A stretch of DNA of 38,562 nucleotides from Clostridia bacterium (GTDB lineage: Bacteria > Bacillota > Sulfobacillia > DUSP01). The notes beneath the pieces were generated by a model. That model saw only the letters and a list, made by a program, of their open reading frames with translations, ran no database searches and had not been told where the DNA came from. Shown piece by piece: positions 1-9,138 of the stretch. The stretch is taken from contig DUSP01000030.1 of assembly GCA_012842575.1 (NCBI GenBank), positions 1-38,562 on the forward strand, in the 5' to 3' direction. The translations under genes were made by a program, and so were the position numbers. Position 1 is the stretch's first letter. Each line of letters starts with the position of its first letter.

Positions 1-555
1 CTCGTCGAGATGCGTTTCGTAGACCAGGGATACGGCAGCATACCAATTGCCGTGTCTATCCCGCCATATCTCCACGGATCCCTGCCGGCAGGAACCTCCT
101 GCCAGATCACGGAGCCTTCTGGCATGGTACTCGGAAGCGGCAAGCGGCACTGCTATCTGACTTCTGCCGGAGGAGACGGGGAACTTGATGATCCACGTAC
201 CGGAGGGAAGCCGGAGGAGAGAATAGCAGTCCTGCCGTACCGTTACCGGAACAGATCTCTCAAACTTGGGCAAGCTGGCTTTCTTTCCCCTGCGCTTGCG
301 AGAAACATAGGATCTCCTAGCGGACAGCGCTTTGAGCATGGCGCACTGGAGCGTGCCCCGGTTGAGGTTGAACGATTCACATGCCTGCCGGTAGGTTTCA
401 CGGTTTAAATGTGCCCGGCTGGTAGTGTTCAATGCTTCGGCCTGCTCTAGAAACCAGGAGCACGCTTGGCGGTAGGTTTCCAACATGCGGGTCATCTTCT
501 CGAGCTTGCCCTTGTTGGGAGGTAGAAGCTTTATTTTGAGGGTTACAGTCTGCAT
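1..555 (-). CDS. tnpB: TnpB-like (IS200/IS605 OrfB-type) protein, N-terminal 185 codons; the ORF runs off the left edge of the window
   Basis: Manual reverse translation from ATG (complement of 553-555) is open to position 1: MQTVTLKIKLLPPNKGKLEKMTRMLETYRQACSWFLEQAEAL...GSVEIWRDRHGNWYAAVSLVYETHLDE. It is absent from the ORF track because it has no in-window stop. The SD-like AGAGGAG lies 7 nt upstream. The N-terminal layout resembles TnpB/Cas12f-type N-termini. The RuvC and Zn-ribbon part is not visible. Confidence 0.6.
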   Translation of the reverse strand, partial: MQTVTLKIKLLPPNKGKLEKMTRMLETYRQACSWFLEQAEALNTTSRAHLNRETYRQACESFNLNRGTLQCAMLKALSARRSYVSRKRRGKKASLPKFERSVPVTVRQDCYSLLRLPSGTWIIKFPVSSGRSQIAVPLAASEYHARRLRDLAGGSCRQGSVEIWRDRHGNWYAAVSLVYETHLDE

Positions 556-622
556 TCAACATCTCCTCTGGTCTGCTTAAGTTATAGCGCGACCCGAGAG
601 AAAAAATCAGGCCGCCATTCAT

Positions 623-643
623 CCCCCGATTAAAAATCGGGGG
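623..643. other. Perfect hairpin CCCCCGATT-AAA-AATCGGGGG (9-bp stem, 3-nt loop)
   Basis: Read directly from the sequence. No adjacent U-run on either strand, so it is not a classic terminator. It is a candidate IS200/IS605 subterminal hairpin. Confidence 0.8.
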
Positions 644-666
644 CATTCTGGCAGAGGTTTTGTAAA

Positions 667-683
667 GTCGGGCAATACCCGAC
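667..683. other. Hairpin GTCGGG-CAATA-CCCGAC (6-bp stem)
   Basis: Read directly from the sequence. On the minus strand it is followed by TTTACAAAA. It could be a weak noc terminator or a second IS-end hairpin. Confidence 0.6.
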
Positions 684-913
684 TCCATCTACACTTTCCT
701 TATCCCCCAAAAGCAAACACGGTTTTTAGGCCTGATGCATGCCGCTTGAGCCTGATACACGTCACGTAACCGTGCGTACAACCCTCGGCTCTTCTTGCGC
801 CCATACCCCGACGTCAGCCAGCCTTAAAACTAGGTTCTAGCGCAGGGTATAGGTCTACCCGCCGCCCATAGAATCGCCGAATCGCCGCACTTGCGACCGC
901 CCCCTTCATTCCC

Positions 914-1816
914 TCATTTTGCGATGCCTGGCTTCTTGATTCTAACCGTAACCCGGATATACTGTTCGTCCTCATCCTCCTCAAGACTGGCCCCCACCCC
1001 TGCTTTCCTCAATTCCTTCACCACCTGCCTGAAGGAATTCAAGAATATCCGTAGGTCCCTGTAAATCCCCACCCTCATCTTCCTTCCCTCGACACGCCCT
1101 CTGCCTTTCCCAAAATCGCCCGATGCAGCCGCTTCACCCCGAGAGAGCATTCCTGATACGAGGCATTCCGTCTCCTGTACGGTCAACCCCGAGTTGCATA
1201 TCTCCCGAAAGGCACGCATCTGCGCCTCTTCCCCGTCTACCTTCAACACTTCCCTCGCATGCCGCTCGGTGATTATTTCCCGGGAAATAGCCTCCACTAT
1301 TTCCTCCGGTAGCTTTAGAAGCCTTAGTTTATTCGATATAGACGACTGGCTCGTCCCCAGCTCCGCCGCAAGTTCCTCCTGCGTTAGCCCAAACTCCTCG
1401 AGCAGCACCTTATATCCCCGGGCCACCTCTATCGGATTGAGGTCCTCTCTTTGTAGGTTTTCCACCAATGCCAGAAGCGCCTGATCCCGATCCGTACACT
1501 CCCTTATGATGGCCGGAACCTCCGTCAGTCCGGCCAACCGTGCCGCCCTCAGCCGCCGTTCCCCCGCCACTACCTCGAAACCTTTCCCCGCCTTTCTCAC
1601 GATGATCGGTTGGAGAACCCCGTGAGTCTTGATGGAGGAGGCCAGCTCTTCCAGGGAGCTCTCTTGGATGCTCTCCCTTGGCTGGTAAGGGTTGTGAAGG
1701 ATGGAATCTATGGGGATTCTCGCCACTTCAGACGAAGAAAACCCCGGTATTCTCCCCTGCGACCCGCCTTCGCCACCGGCCGCACGGTTTCTCCCTCCAA
1801 ACAGCCTGTAGCCCAT
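914..1816 (-). CDS. noc: ParB-family protein, Noc (nucleoid occlusion) subtype
   Basis: ParB box GVLQPIIVRK...VVAGERRLRAARLAG and an HTH region are present. The ITERHAR motif and the C-terminus RDLRIFLNSFRQVV...EEDEDEQYIRVTVRIKKP parallel B. subtilis Noc (RDTRIAMNTIRQSL...EEEEFEEYIQLTIRIPK). The gene lies directly downstream of rsmG, as noc does in Bacillus. Confidence 0.7.
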   Translation of the reverse strand: MGYRLFGGRNRAAGGEGGSQGRIPGFSSSEVARIPIDSILHNPYQPRESIQESSLEELASSIKTHGVLQPIIVRKAGKGFEVVAGERRLRAARLAGLTEVPAIIRECTDRDQALLALVENLQREDLNPIEVARGYKVLLEEFGLTQEELAAELGTSQSSISNKLRLLKLPEEIVEAISREIITERHAREVLKVDGEEAQMRAFREICNSGLTVQETECLVSGMLSRGEAAASGDFGKGRGRVEGRKMRVGIYRDLRIFLNSFRQVVKELRKAGVGASLEEDEDEQYIRVTVRIKKPGIAK

Positions 1817-2105
1817 CCGGCCCTCCTCCTTTCAATAGACCACCTTCGTCTGTATATCACATCGCCCTTCTGCGCCCTTTACGGCCAACGAAAAGAAGAT
1901 CCGCTCCCGCTATCGTTTCGAACATTAAGCCGCGATTCGCACTCGCCTTTAGGCCCTTGTACGCTCAATCCCACAACGGCCTTCTGTGGGCTCTCCCGGA
2001 AAATCATCTGCCTTTTTATGGAAGTATTCGCCGTCTGGGCGCCCTGTCCTTCCTGCACTCGGGAAACACCCGTAGGATTGACGCCGCGTCGTACAACGCC
2101 CTATC

Positions 2106-2885
2106 TCACTTCAACGGTCTCTTTCGAGGCACTCCAACCCCTCGCGGATACGCCTGCGGTGTATTCTCCACCTTCCGGATCACCAGTAAAGCCCTTTTCC
2201 CTTCTGGTCCCCTGTACGATCCGCCCTCCGCTTGTGAGCCGTACTCATGCACTCGGCACACCCTTCCTCCAAGCTCTCGCGAGACCCTTTCAGCCTCCTC
2301 GACTTCGCTCGCGACCGCCCTACCCCTCCATAAGACCGCTTTTCCTCCTACCTTCACCAGCGGAAGGCAGTACTCCAGCACTTCCGGCAATAACCCTACG
2401 GCCCTCGCCACGGCCCAATCGAATCGCTCCCTCATTTTTGGGTTTCTTCCCGCGATCTCCGCGCGGAGCTCCACCGTTTCAAGCCAAAATAGACCCATTT
2501 CTCTCTTAGTCTCCCTGAGAAACTCCGCGCGCTTTTTACGTACCTCTAAAGCCGTAACGCTCAGGTCCTCCCTAACAATACCAAGAGGAACCCCCGGAAA
2601 CCCCGCTCCACTGCCGACGTCCACCAGCGCTGCGTTCTCCTCAACATCCTCGAAAACAAACAAAGCGAGTGAATCCAACAAGTGGTCCCTCGCCATACCT
2701 TCCGGTGAAATGTTTCCGACCAAATCCCTGTGGGTCGTAGCCCTCAGTACCTTTGCGCCATACGCCGCCAGCGTAGCGGCCTTGTAACGGACGAACTCCA
2801 ATGTCGGTTCCTCGTCTAAGACCCTGAGCAACTCCCCCATGATGACCCTGGCCAGTCCCGCTTCATCCTCCCGCCGACCCTCCAT
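2106..2885 (-). CDS. rsmG: 16S rRNA (guanine527-N7)-methyltransferase RsmG/GidB
   Basis: SAM-binding motif VDVGSGAGFPGVPLGI. Conserved position downstream of mnmG. Confidence 0.9.
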   Translation of the reverse strand: MEGRREDEAGLARVIMGELLRVLDEEPTLEFVRYKAATLAAYGAKVLRATTHRDLVGNISPEGMARDHLLDSLALFVFEDVEENAALVDVGSGAGFPGVPLGIVREDLSVTALEVRKKRAEFLRETKREMGLFWLETVELRAEIAGRNPKMRERFDWAVARAVGLLPEVLEYCLPLVKVGGKAVLWRGRAVASEVEEAERVSRELGGRVCRVHEYGSQAEGGSYRGPEGKRALLVIRKVENTPQAYPRGVGVPRKRPLK

Positions 2886-2958
2886 AATACTTAGCGCATC
2901 TCCCTCATATCCATAGCCCGTCTTCCTCCTATCGGTTCCGGCACCTCTTCTTCCCCGC

Positions 2959-4818
2959 TCACCCGGCCGGTGCGTCCTTCCTCCCCCGTAGGTACACCAG
3001 TAATGCCGCGATGTCAGCCGGAGTGACCCCGGGTATTCGCGACGCTTGCCCCACCGACACAGGCCTCATGCGCTCAAGCTTCTCCCTGCCTTCCTTGGAC
3101 AGGGCCACCAGTTTTTGGAAATCCAGATCCTCCGGGATTTCTTTCTCCTCGAGTCTCCTCATTCGTTCGACTAGCTCCAATTCCTTAGTTATGTACCCTT
3201 CGTACTTTACCTCTATCTCCGCTTCTTCCAAAACCTCTTCGGGCCACTCGACAATATCCTTCCAATACTCCCTCAAATCCCATACCCTGACCGCCGGGTT
3301 CCTCAAAACCTTCTTCAGGCTGACACCTTCCGGGCTCCTGATTTCCTCGAGTTTCGCAAGCAGTTCCCCAAGAAGCCTCATCTTCTCCTGGTATTTCGAA
3401 TACCTCTCGTCGCCGACAAGCCCTAGCGATCGCCCGAACTCGGTAAGTCGCCGGTCCGCATTATCCTGCCTTAGAAGAAGGCGATGTTCTGCCCGCGCCG
3501 TCAGCATACGGTATGGCTCGTCGGTCCCCTTCGTGACAAGATCGTCTATCATCACTCCGATATAAGCACGGTCCCTGGTGATCCGTATAGGTCTTAACCC
3601 TTTCGCATACCTTGCGGCGTTAATTCCGGCAACCAGCCCTTGAGCAGCCGCTTCTTCGTACCCCGAAGTCCCGTTCACCTGCCCCGCGGAGAACACTCCT
3701 TCGAAACGCTTGATTTCAAGGTACGGCCCAAGCTCTCCCGCATCCAGGCAGTCGTACTCAATGGCGTACCCCGGTCTCGATATCACGGCCTCTTCCAGGC
3801 CCGGTACGCTGTGGACCACTTCCACCTGTACGTCCTCAGGCAGGCTTGTGGATAGCCCCATAAGATACATCTCGTCCATGTCCCTTCCCTGGGGTTCCAG
3901 GAAAACCTGATGACGCTCCCTCTGTGGAAATCTCATGACCTTGTCTTCCACTGAAGGACAGTATCGCGGGCCGATCCCCACTATCTCGCCTGTGAACAAG
4001 GGTGCGCGATGAATGTTCGCCCTGATGATTTCCCTGGTCCGAGCAGTCGTATACGTCAGATAACAGGGGATCTGTTCTCTCCCTTTTCCGTCCGGTGCCG
4101 GTCTCGCCGAAAGGAAAGAGAATCCCTGCGGCTTAGGGTCACCGTCGAGTCGCTGCATGACCTCAAAGCGGATCCCGTCCCTCTTCACTCGCGGCGATGT
4201 TCCGGTTTTAAACCTCCTTAACCTGACCCCTGCGCGCTCGAATGCCTCGCTCAACCCCACTGCGGCTTTCTGACCCATGGGGCCGCTACTGAAGGACTTC
4301 TCTCCTATGATGATCCTGCTCGAGAGGTACACCCCCGTGGCTACCACCAGAGACTTACATCCCACTTTTCGCCCACCAGACAGTAAGACCCCCATCACGC
4401 GCTTTCCTTCCGAGACCATGTCCTTGACCATACCTTCATACACCGTGAGATTCCTTTCGCCCTCGAGGGCTCTCATCATATTCCGGGGGTAATCGCGCCT
4501 GTCCACCTGAGCCCTAAGAGACCAGACCGCCGGACCCTTGCCGGTATTCAGCATCCGTAGCTGCAGATAAGAGTGATCCACTGTGATCCCCATTTGCCCG
4601 CCAAGCGCGTCAACCTCCCGCACCAGCTGCGCTTTTCCCGGGCCTCCCACCGAAGGGTTGCACGGCATTAGGGCAATAGCCGCCTTGTCCAGCACGAGCA
4701 TGAGCGTCCTACACCCGAGCCTCGCCGCGGCCAAAGCCGCTTCGCAACCGGCATGTCCGCCCCCTATCACGATTACGTCGTATCGGTCTTCCCATTCAAT
4801 TTCGGACATACATCTCAT
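2959..4818 (-). CDS. mnmG: tRNA uridine-5-carboxymethylaminomethyl modification enzyme MnmG/GidA
   Basis: FAD motif DVIVIGGGHAGCEAA. Conserved MnmG blocks run throughout (GPRYCPSIEDK-like GPRYCPSVEDK). Confidence 0.97.
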   Translation of the reverse strand: MRCMSEIEWEDRYDVIVIGGGHAGCEAALAAARLGCRTLMLVLDKAAIALMPCNPSVGGPGKAQLVREVDALGGQMGITVDHSYLQLRMLNTGKGPAVWSLRAQVDRRDYPRNMMRALEGERNLTVYEGMVKDMVSEGKRVMGVLLSGGRKVGCKSLVVATGVYLSSRIIIGEKSFSSGPMGQKAAVGLSEAFERAGVRLRRFKTGTSPRVKRDGIRFEVMQRLDGDPKPQGFSFLSARPAPDGKGREQIPCYLTYTTARTREIIRANIHRAPLFTGEIVGIGPRYCPSVEDKVMRFPQRERHQVFLEPQGRDMDEMYLMGLSTSLPEDVQVEVVHSVPGLEEAVISRPGYAIEYDCLDAGELGPYLEIKRFEGVFSAGQVNGTSGYEEAAAQGLVAGINAARYAKGLRPIRITRDRAYIGVMIDDLVTKGTDEPYRMLTARAEHRLLLRQDNADRRLTEFGRSLGLVGDERYSKYQEKMRLLGELLAKLEEIRSPEGVSLKKVLRNPAVRVWDLREYWKDIVEWPEEVLEEAEIEVKYEGYITKELELVERMRRLEEKEIPEDLDFQKLVALSKEGREKLERMRPVSVGQASRIPGVTPADIAALLVYLRGRKDAPAG

Positions 4819-6401
4819 TTCCCCAAGCAGAACTCGCCGAATATCCGATCCAAGACCGCATCGTCCACCGTCTTTCCCGTAATTTCCCCGAGTGATCCCA
4901 GTGCCCTCCTTATGTCTATGGCCACCATATCTAAGGGCACCTTCTCCTCAATGGCAGACAACGCCTCCCCCAGCGACTTTCTCGCGCTCCTCAGGGCCTC
5001 CGCATGTCTCTCCCGGGTAACCGTGACCTCCGGCAGCGTCCGGCCGATGCCGCGCTCGAGCTTTGCCATTGCCATTTCCGCTATCGTGTGCCTGAGCAGC
5101 CCTATGTTAATACCCTCTCGAGCGGAGACTCTGACAATCGGAGCATCCCCCGCTATTTCCCGTACCGCAACGTCCCGGATACGACCCGCCCCTACGTCCT
5201 CTTTATTGACCACTACAATTCGATCGACGCCCTTCGTTAAGTCCAGCGCCACCCGATCCTCTTCTTGGAGGCCCGTCGTATCATCGAGAACCACTAAAAC
5301 CAGATCTCCCTGCGAAACCGCCCTCAAGGTATGCTCGATCCCTATGGCCTCGACCTCGTCAGCCGACTGACGTAGCCCCGCCGTGTCGGTTAGCACCATT
5401 TCCAACCCGCCAATGAATACCGTCTCCTCGATGGCGTCGCGCGTCGTCCCCGGAATGGCCGTCACAATTGCGCGCTCGAACCCCACAAGTGCATTCAGTA
5501 AACTAGACTTACCCACGTTGGGCTTCCCCGTTATTACCACCCGAACGCCCTTTCTTAAGACAATGCCGGCCTCGGCCGTGTCCAGCAACTCCTCGACCTT
5601 ATCGAGCACCCCCTTGATTATGATCTCCGTATCTCTCCAAACCACGTCTACGTCCTCGCCGAGCTCTTCATCGGGGAAATCTATCTGCGCTTCTATCCTC
5701 GCGAGTATTCCGACTAACTCACCTGTCATACGCTCAATTTCCCCGGAAATGCTCCCCCTAAGTTGCTTTACGGCCACCTCCAACGCCGCATCGGTCTTAG
5801 CCCTTATGGTATCAAGAACCGCTTCCGCCTGAGCGAGATCTATCCTCCCGTTGATGAATGCCCGCCTCGTGAACTCCCCTGGTTCGGCAAGCCTTGCGCC
5901 CTCCCGCAAGAGCAGCCTAAGAACCGCCCTGAGGGGTGTAGCCCCGCCGTGACACGATATTTCCACCACGTCCTCCCTGGTATACGACCGGGGCCCGGCC
6001 ATGAACCAAAGCAGCACCTCGTCCAAAACACGACCGTCAGCCGGGTCGACAATCCAACCCAAATAGATGCGTCGGGGCTTGAGCCCTTCCCCCGCTTCCC
6101 CCGCGTCCACCGCACCCAGAGGCCCGCGCCCTTTTTCCTCGACGGAGCCCGAGAGCTCGCCCCCAGTCTTTGGTCTTTGGCCCCCGTTTCCCTCGCCAAG
6201 CCCTGCTTTCCCGTCTTCATCACGCCCGTGACCGCGTCCCGTGCTCCGCCTATTGAATACCCGCAACGCTATTTTGAGCGCTTGTGGTCCACTCATCCGT
6301 ACTATTCCGATACCGCCCTCACCTACCGGTGTGGCGATGGCCGCGATGGTATCCACTTCCTCTGTGGGTTTCACCGAAATCCCTACGGATCTTCTATCCA
6401 T
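4815..6401 (-). CDS. mnmE: tRNA modification GTPase MnmE/TrmE carrying a lineage-specific N-domain insertion
   Basis: G-domain motifs [14 protein letters not shown] and DTAGLR. C-terminal FCLGK. The 4-nt overlap with mnmG is typical. At 528 aa it is longer than the usual ~455 aa because of the insert encoded at 6075-6251. Confidence 0.95.
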   Translation of the reverse strand: MDRRSVGISVKPTEEVDTIAAIATPVGEGGIGIVRMSGPQALKIALRVFNRRSTGRGHGRDEDGKAGLGEGNGGQRPKTGGELSGSVEEKGRGPLGAVDAGEAGEGLKPRRIYLGWIVDPADGRVLDEVLLWFMAGPRSYTREDVVEISCHGGATPLRAVLRLLLREGARLAEPGEFTRRAFINGRIDLAQAEAVLDTIRAKTDAALEVAVKQLRGSISGEIERMTGELVGILARIEAQIDFPDEELGEDVDVVWRDTEIIIKGVLDKVEELLDTAEAGIVLRKGVRVVITGKPNVGKSSLLNALVGFERAIVTAIPGTTRDAIEETVFIGGLEMVLTDTAGLRQSADEVEAIGIEHTLRAVSQGDLVLVVLDDTTGLQEEDRVALDLTKGVDRIVVVNKEDVGAGRIRDVAVREIAGDAPIVRVSAREGINIGLLRHTIAEMAMAKLERGIGRTLPEVTVTRERHAEALRSARKSLGEALSAIEEKVPLDMVAIDIRRALGSLGEITGKTVDDAVLDRIFGEFCLGK

Positions 6402-6450
6402 GTTCCCTACTCAGCTCCCGGGGATACTAAGTGCGGCATACCGCCTCGTT

Positions 6451-6484
6451 CTCTCACATTTGACCCGCTCTCACATTTGACCCG
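6451..6484. repeat. Perfect 17-nt tandem duplication (CTCTCACATTTGACCCG x2) in the jag-mnmE intergenic region
   Basis: Read directly: 6451-6467 is identical to 6468-6484. Confidence 0.95.
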
Positions 6485-6616
6485 CGGGCCGACCGGCCCT
6501 TCGTCACTTCGCCCCTCATACCGCCTTCTTATCCCCAATGATACAAAATTGGGTGCCGGATCCTCCGATCTCAACACCCAACAATCCATCCGAGGGCGAC
6601 TGACCCCAAGCTCCGA

Positions 6617-7264
6617 TTATCTCCTCACCGCACTGATTATTACCCTACGGTACGGCTCGTTTCCCTCGCTCCGCGTGCTTACGTCGGGATCGTTCTGCAG
6701 GGCCAGGTGGATGACCCTTCTCTCTCCCGCGCCCATGGGTTCCATCACAACGCGCTGTCCCGTCCTCTTGGCCTTCTCGGCCATACGCTTGGCAAGCCTT
6801 ACCAACGCCTCGTTCCTGCGCTTCCTGTATCCCTCTACGTCCAGGGTTATCCGACCGCCCTCACCCGTGGCTTTTCCCGCAGCCAGGTTTACGATGTACT
6901 GAAGGGCATCCAGCGTCTGACCCCGTCTTCCGATCAGAACGCCCAGGTTTGGCCCCTCGATATCGAAGCATATGCATCCGTTCTCCGTTCGGCTGTGCAT
7001 TTTCACCTCAAGATCCATGGCCTTGAAGACCCGGCCGAGGAAATCGTGTACGAATTCCTCCTTATTCTCCTTGACGGTGGCGCGTATTCTTCCCTCTCGA
7101 GCTCCTAGCATCCCAAAAATCCCTCTAGAGGGCTCCTCCAGTATCTCTATCGCCACCCGTTCCCGTGGAACTCCTAGCAGTGTCAGTGCGTTGGAGATCG
7201 CCTCGTCGATGGTCCTGCCCTTCGCTTCTACGGACCTCATCGCCTTACCTCCAACAGAACTCAT
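6617..7264 (-). CDS. jag: Jag/KhpB RNA-binding protein (KH + R3H domains)
   Basis: N-terminal Jag_N-like GRTIDEAISNAL. C-terminal R3H region ERRVIHLAL. ATGA overlap with yidC. Conserved synteny. Confidence 0.9.
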   Translation of the reverse strand: MSSVGGKAMRSVEAKGRTIDEAISNALTLLGVPRERVAIEILEEPSRGIFGMLGAREGRIRATVKENKEEFVHDFLGRVFKAMDLEVKMHSRTENGCICFDIEGPNLGVLIGRRGQTLDALQYIVNLAAGKATGEGGRITLDVEGYRKRRNEALVRLAKRMAEKAKRTGQRVVMEPMGAGERRVIHLALQNDPDVSTRSEGNEPYRRVIISAVRR

Positions 7265-7905
7265 CGGCTTTCAGCAGCCCCCTCCTTGACAGTCTTACTC
7301 TTGGGCATGAGATATTGCTGTACGATTCCGTAAATGTTCTGTACAACCCAATAGAGTGCCAACCCGGCGGCGAATTTCACACTGATGGCTAAAATGAAGA
7401 TAGGCATCCCGTAAAGCATGAACGCCTGCTGCGAAGCGGCCTCGGGGGTAGAGGGCATCGCGATCTTGGATTGCCAGTACGTGGTGATTGCAGCCAATGC
7501 CGGCAGTATATAAAGGCTGTCGGGTTTTCCGAGGTGCTCGATCCAAAGAAAAGAAGCGGGTCCATGATACGAGTATGAGCTCAACACCTGAAAAAACGCG
7601 AAGAAAAAAGGAAGTTGAATCAGTAGGAGAAAACAGCCCGACAATGGATTTACCTTATTCTTCTTCCATAACTCCATTATTTCCTTATTAAGCCTGGCCG
7701 CATCGTTCTTGTATTTCTTCTTAAGGGCTTCCACTTTCGGAGACAGTTCCTGCATTTTCAAGGTCGAGCGCGTCTGCAACACCGTAAAGGGAAGGAGGAC
7801 GGTCCTTATCGCCACCGTTAAGAGTATTATGGCGTATCCGTAACTCCCGGTCAGGGCAAAAAAGTACTCAAGCCCCTCGAGCATCATCTCTCTGAGCCAA
7901 CCCAA
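7261..7905 (-). CDS. yidC: Membrane protein insertase YidC/SpoIIIJ (short Firmicute type)
   Basis: Multi-TM protein with the conserved ...LLPFTVLQTRS...KVNPLSGCFLLLIQLPFFFAFF... core. TTG start with GAGGGGG SD 7 nt upstream. Confidence 0.9.
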   Translation of the reverse strand: MGWLREMMLEGLEYFFALTGSYGYAIILLTVAIRTVLLPFTVLQTRSTLKMQELSPKVEALKKKYKNDAARLNKEIMELWKKNKVNPLSGCFLLLIQLPFFFAFFQVLSSYSYHGPASFLWIEHLGKPDSLYILPALAAITTYWQSKIAMPSTPEAASQQAFMLYGMPIFILAISVKFAAGLALYWVVQNIYGIVQQYLMPKSKTVKEGAAESR

Positions 7906-7919
7906 ACGGAAAACCCCCT

Positions 7920-8153
7920 CTAGGGAACCGGATCATAGCCTCCCCGATGCCACGGGCCACACCTCAGAATACGCTTCCCACTCAACCAAAGGCCCGTTAT
8001 TACTCCGTACTTCTCCACGGCTTCAATGGCATAAGAGGAACAACTCGGATAATAACGACAGTAGTTCGGCAATAGCGGTGAAATGAACGCCTTATAAAAT
8101 CGTATGCACAAAATGATTACGCGCTTTATCGCCAGGCGGAAATCCCTACTCAC
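7920..8153 (-). CDS. yidD: Membrane protein insertion efficiency factor YidD
   Basis: Hallmark [19 protein letters not shown]...[20 protein letters not shown] start with GGAGGAA SD. Confidence 0.95.
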   Translation of the reverse strand: MSRDFRLAIKRVIILCIRFYKAFISPLLPNYCRYYPSCSSYAIEAVEKYGVITGLWLSGKRILRCGPWHRGGYDPVP

Positions 8154-8186
8154 CTCCGGATTCCTCCGATCCGCCCCGAGCCTTTT

Positions 8187-8528
8187 TCATGACCTTTCTC
8201 CACGTATAAGCCCACTTCGCTTGAGAAGGTCGTCCATGCATTCCCTCACGCCCCAAAAGCCAGCATCCAGGGCAGCCCTTCTCCCCACAAACACTACCTC
8301 CGCGCCGCCCCGGACCTGACCGGCGAGATCCCGATAAGCTTCCTTCATCAAACGCCGGATCCGATTCCGCTCTACAGCATTACCCACCCGCTTGCCAACT
8401 GAAAAGCCCACTTTCGTTATGTTCCGTGGGCCAGAAATCACATAGAGCTTCGTACACTTCCCGACGTAACACCGCCCTTGGCCATACACTCGTCGAAACT
8501 CCCAGGGCTTACGAAGTCGCTCGACCAT
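8187..8528 (-). CDS. rnpA: Ribonuclease P protein component
   Basis: Basic ~113-aa protein with the RNR motif region (AVERNRIRRLMKEAYR). Lies between rpmH and yidD. Confidence 0.9.
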   Translation of the reverse strand: MVERLRKPWEFRRVYGQGRCYVGKCTKLYVISGPRNITKVGFSVGKRVGNAVERNRIRRLMKEAYRDLAGQVRGGAEVVFVGRRAALDAGFWGVRECMDDLLKRSGLIRGERS

Positions 8529-8574
8529 CTCGAGGAAATCCTCCGCACCTAAAACACCTAAAACCGGGGGATGA

Positions 8575-8709
8575 TCAGACCGTCAGCTTGTGGCGACCTT
8601 TCTGTCTCCGCGCCTTGAGGACACGCCTGCCGCCCGTGGAGGACATCCTTTGGAGGAAACCGTGAACCCTTTTTCGTCTCCTAACCTTCGGTTGATACGT
8701 TCTCTTCAC
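8575..8709 (-). CDS. rpmH: 50S ribosomal protein L34
   Basis: (V)[46 protein letters not shown] at complement 8707-8709 is preceded by AGGAGGA. The longer ORF in the track (to 8769) is an upstream extension. Confidence 0.95.
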   Translation of the reverse strand: MKRTYQPKVRRRKRVHGFLQRMSSTGGRRVLKARRQKGRHKLTV

Positions 8710-8847
8710 GTCAAATCCTCCTGCCCGAAACTCAGGAAAATTATATCCTAGCCCGGAATCCACTGTCAAGAAATCCCGCCCCGTCCGCCTCAGTCGGGGC
8801 CGCCCGGGCGGATCTTAGACGTCATCCACGTCATCGGAGTCTCCTCG

Positions 8848-8881
8848 GTATATAACTTCTCTTCGTATATAACTTCTCTTC
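8848..8881. repeat. Perfect 17-nt tandem duplication (GTATATAACTTCTCTTC x2) in the rpmH-dnaA intergenic region
   Basis: Read directly: 8848-8864 is identical to 8865-8881. It is an AT-rich core. Confidence 0.95.
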
Positions 8882-8967
8882 GGCGAGGAACTCTCAGAAA
8901 CCGAGAGCAAATTCCCTTCCCTCATTCCTCCCCTCTCCTTAACGAATTCACAATGGAGACATAACGC

Positions 8968-9113
8968 CGTTGATAACTCCCCTCCCCTCTGGTATCATGT
9001 TCCTGTAGACAAGCCCCAGTCCCCCTATGGCTGGGGCGACTTCGACCTTATCAGCAGTTCTCACATGGTTATCCACATGGTGTGAATATCTCTGTGGATA
9101 GATTTGTTGATAA
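8968..9113. promoter_or_regulatory. oriC upstream DnaA-box cluster / dnaA promoter region
   Basis: Perfect TTATCCACA at 9069-9077. TGTGGATAG at 9093-9101 and TGTTGATAA at 9105-9113 each have 1 mismatch. Weaker boxes lie at 8968-8976 and 9048-9056. Confidence 0.8.
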
Positions 9114-9138
9114 GTCCTTCGATGGGGGGCTTCCACGC

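Larger units (their letters stand above)
1..700 (-). mobile_element. Probable left-end portion of a TnpB-only IS200/IS605-type element; the right-hand boundary is not determinable
   Basis: A TnpB-like ORF plus two perfect hairpins lie 68-130 nt upstream of its start. No tnpA is visible. The ends cannot be defined from a single copy. Confidence 0.35.

Noticed and set aside
10-688. Track ORFs 10-408 (+, 132 aa) and 398-688 (-, 96 aa).
   Set aside because: Both overlap the much better supported TnpB-like frame (1-555, minus), one on the opposite strand and one out of frame. They have no SD and no recognisable motifs, so they are likely spurious.
1610-2787. Long plus-strand ORFs (299 and 369 aa) antisense to noc and rsmG.
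   Set aside because: Their Pro/Ser/Arg-rich, low-complexity translations are typical of antisense frames in GC-rich coding DNA. The sense-strand genes carry clear ParB and RsmG motifs.
5763-6902. A 379-aa plus-strand ORF spanning the mnmE N-terminus, the intergenic region and the jag C-terminus.
   Set aside because: It lies antisense to two well-supported genes and crosses their intergenic spacer. It has no motifs and a composition typical of shadow ORFs.
9082-9138. N-terminal extension of dnaA from the GTG at 9082, as listed in the ORF track.
   Set aside because: The extension would be translated through DnaA boxes at 9093-9113. The ATG at 9139 gives the usual DnaA N-terminus (…[13 protein letters not shown]).
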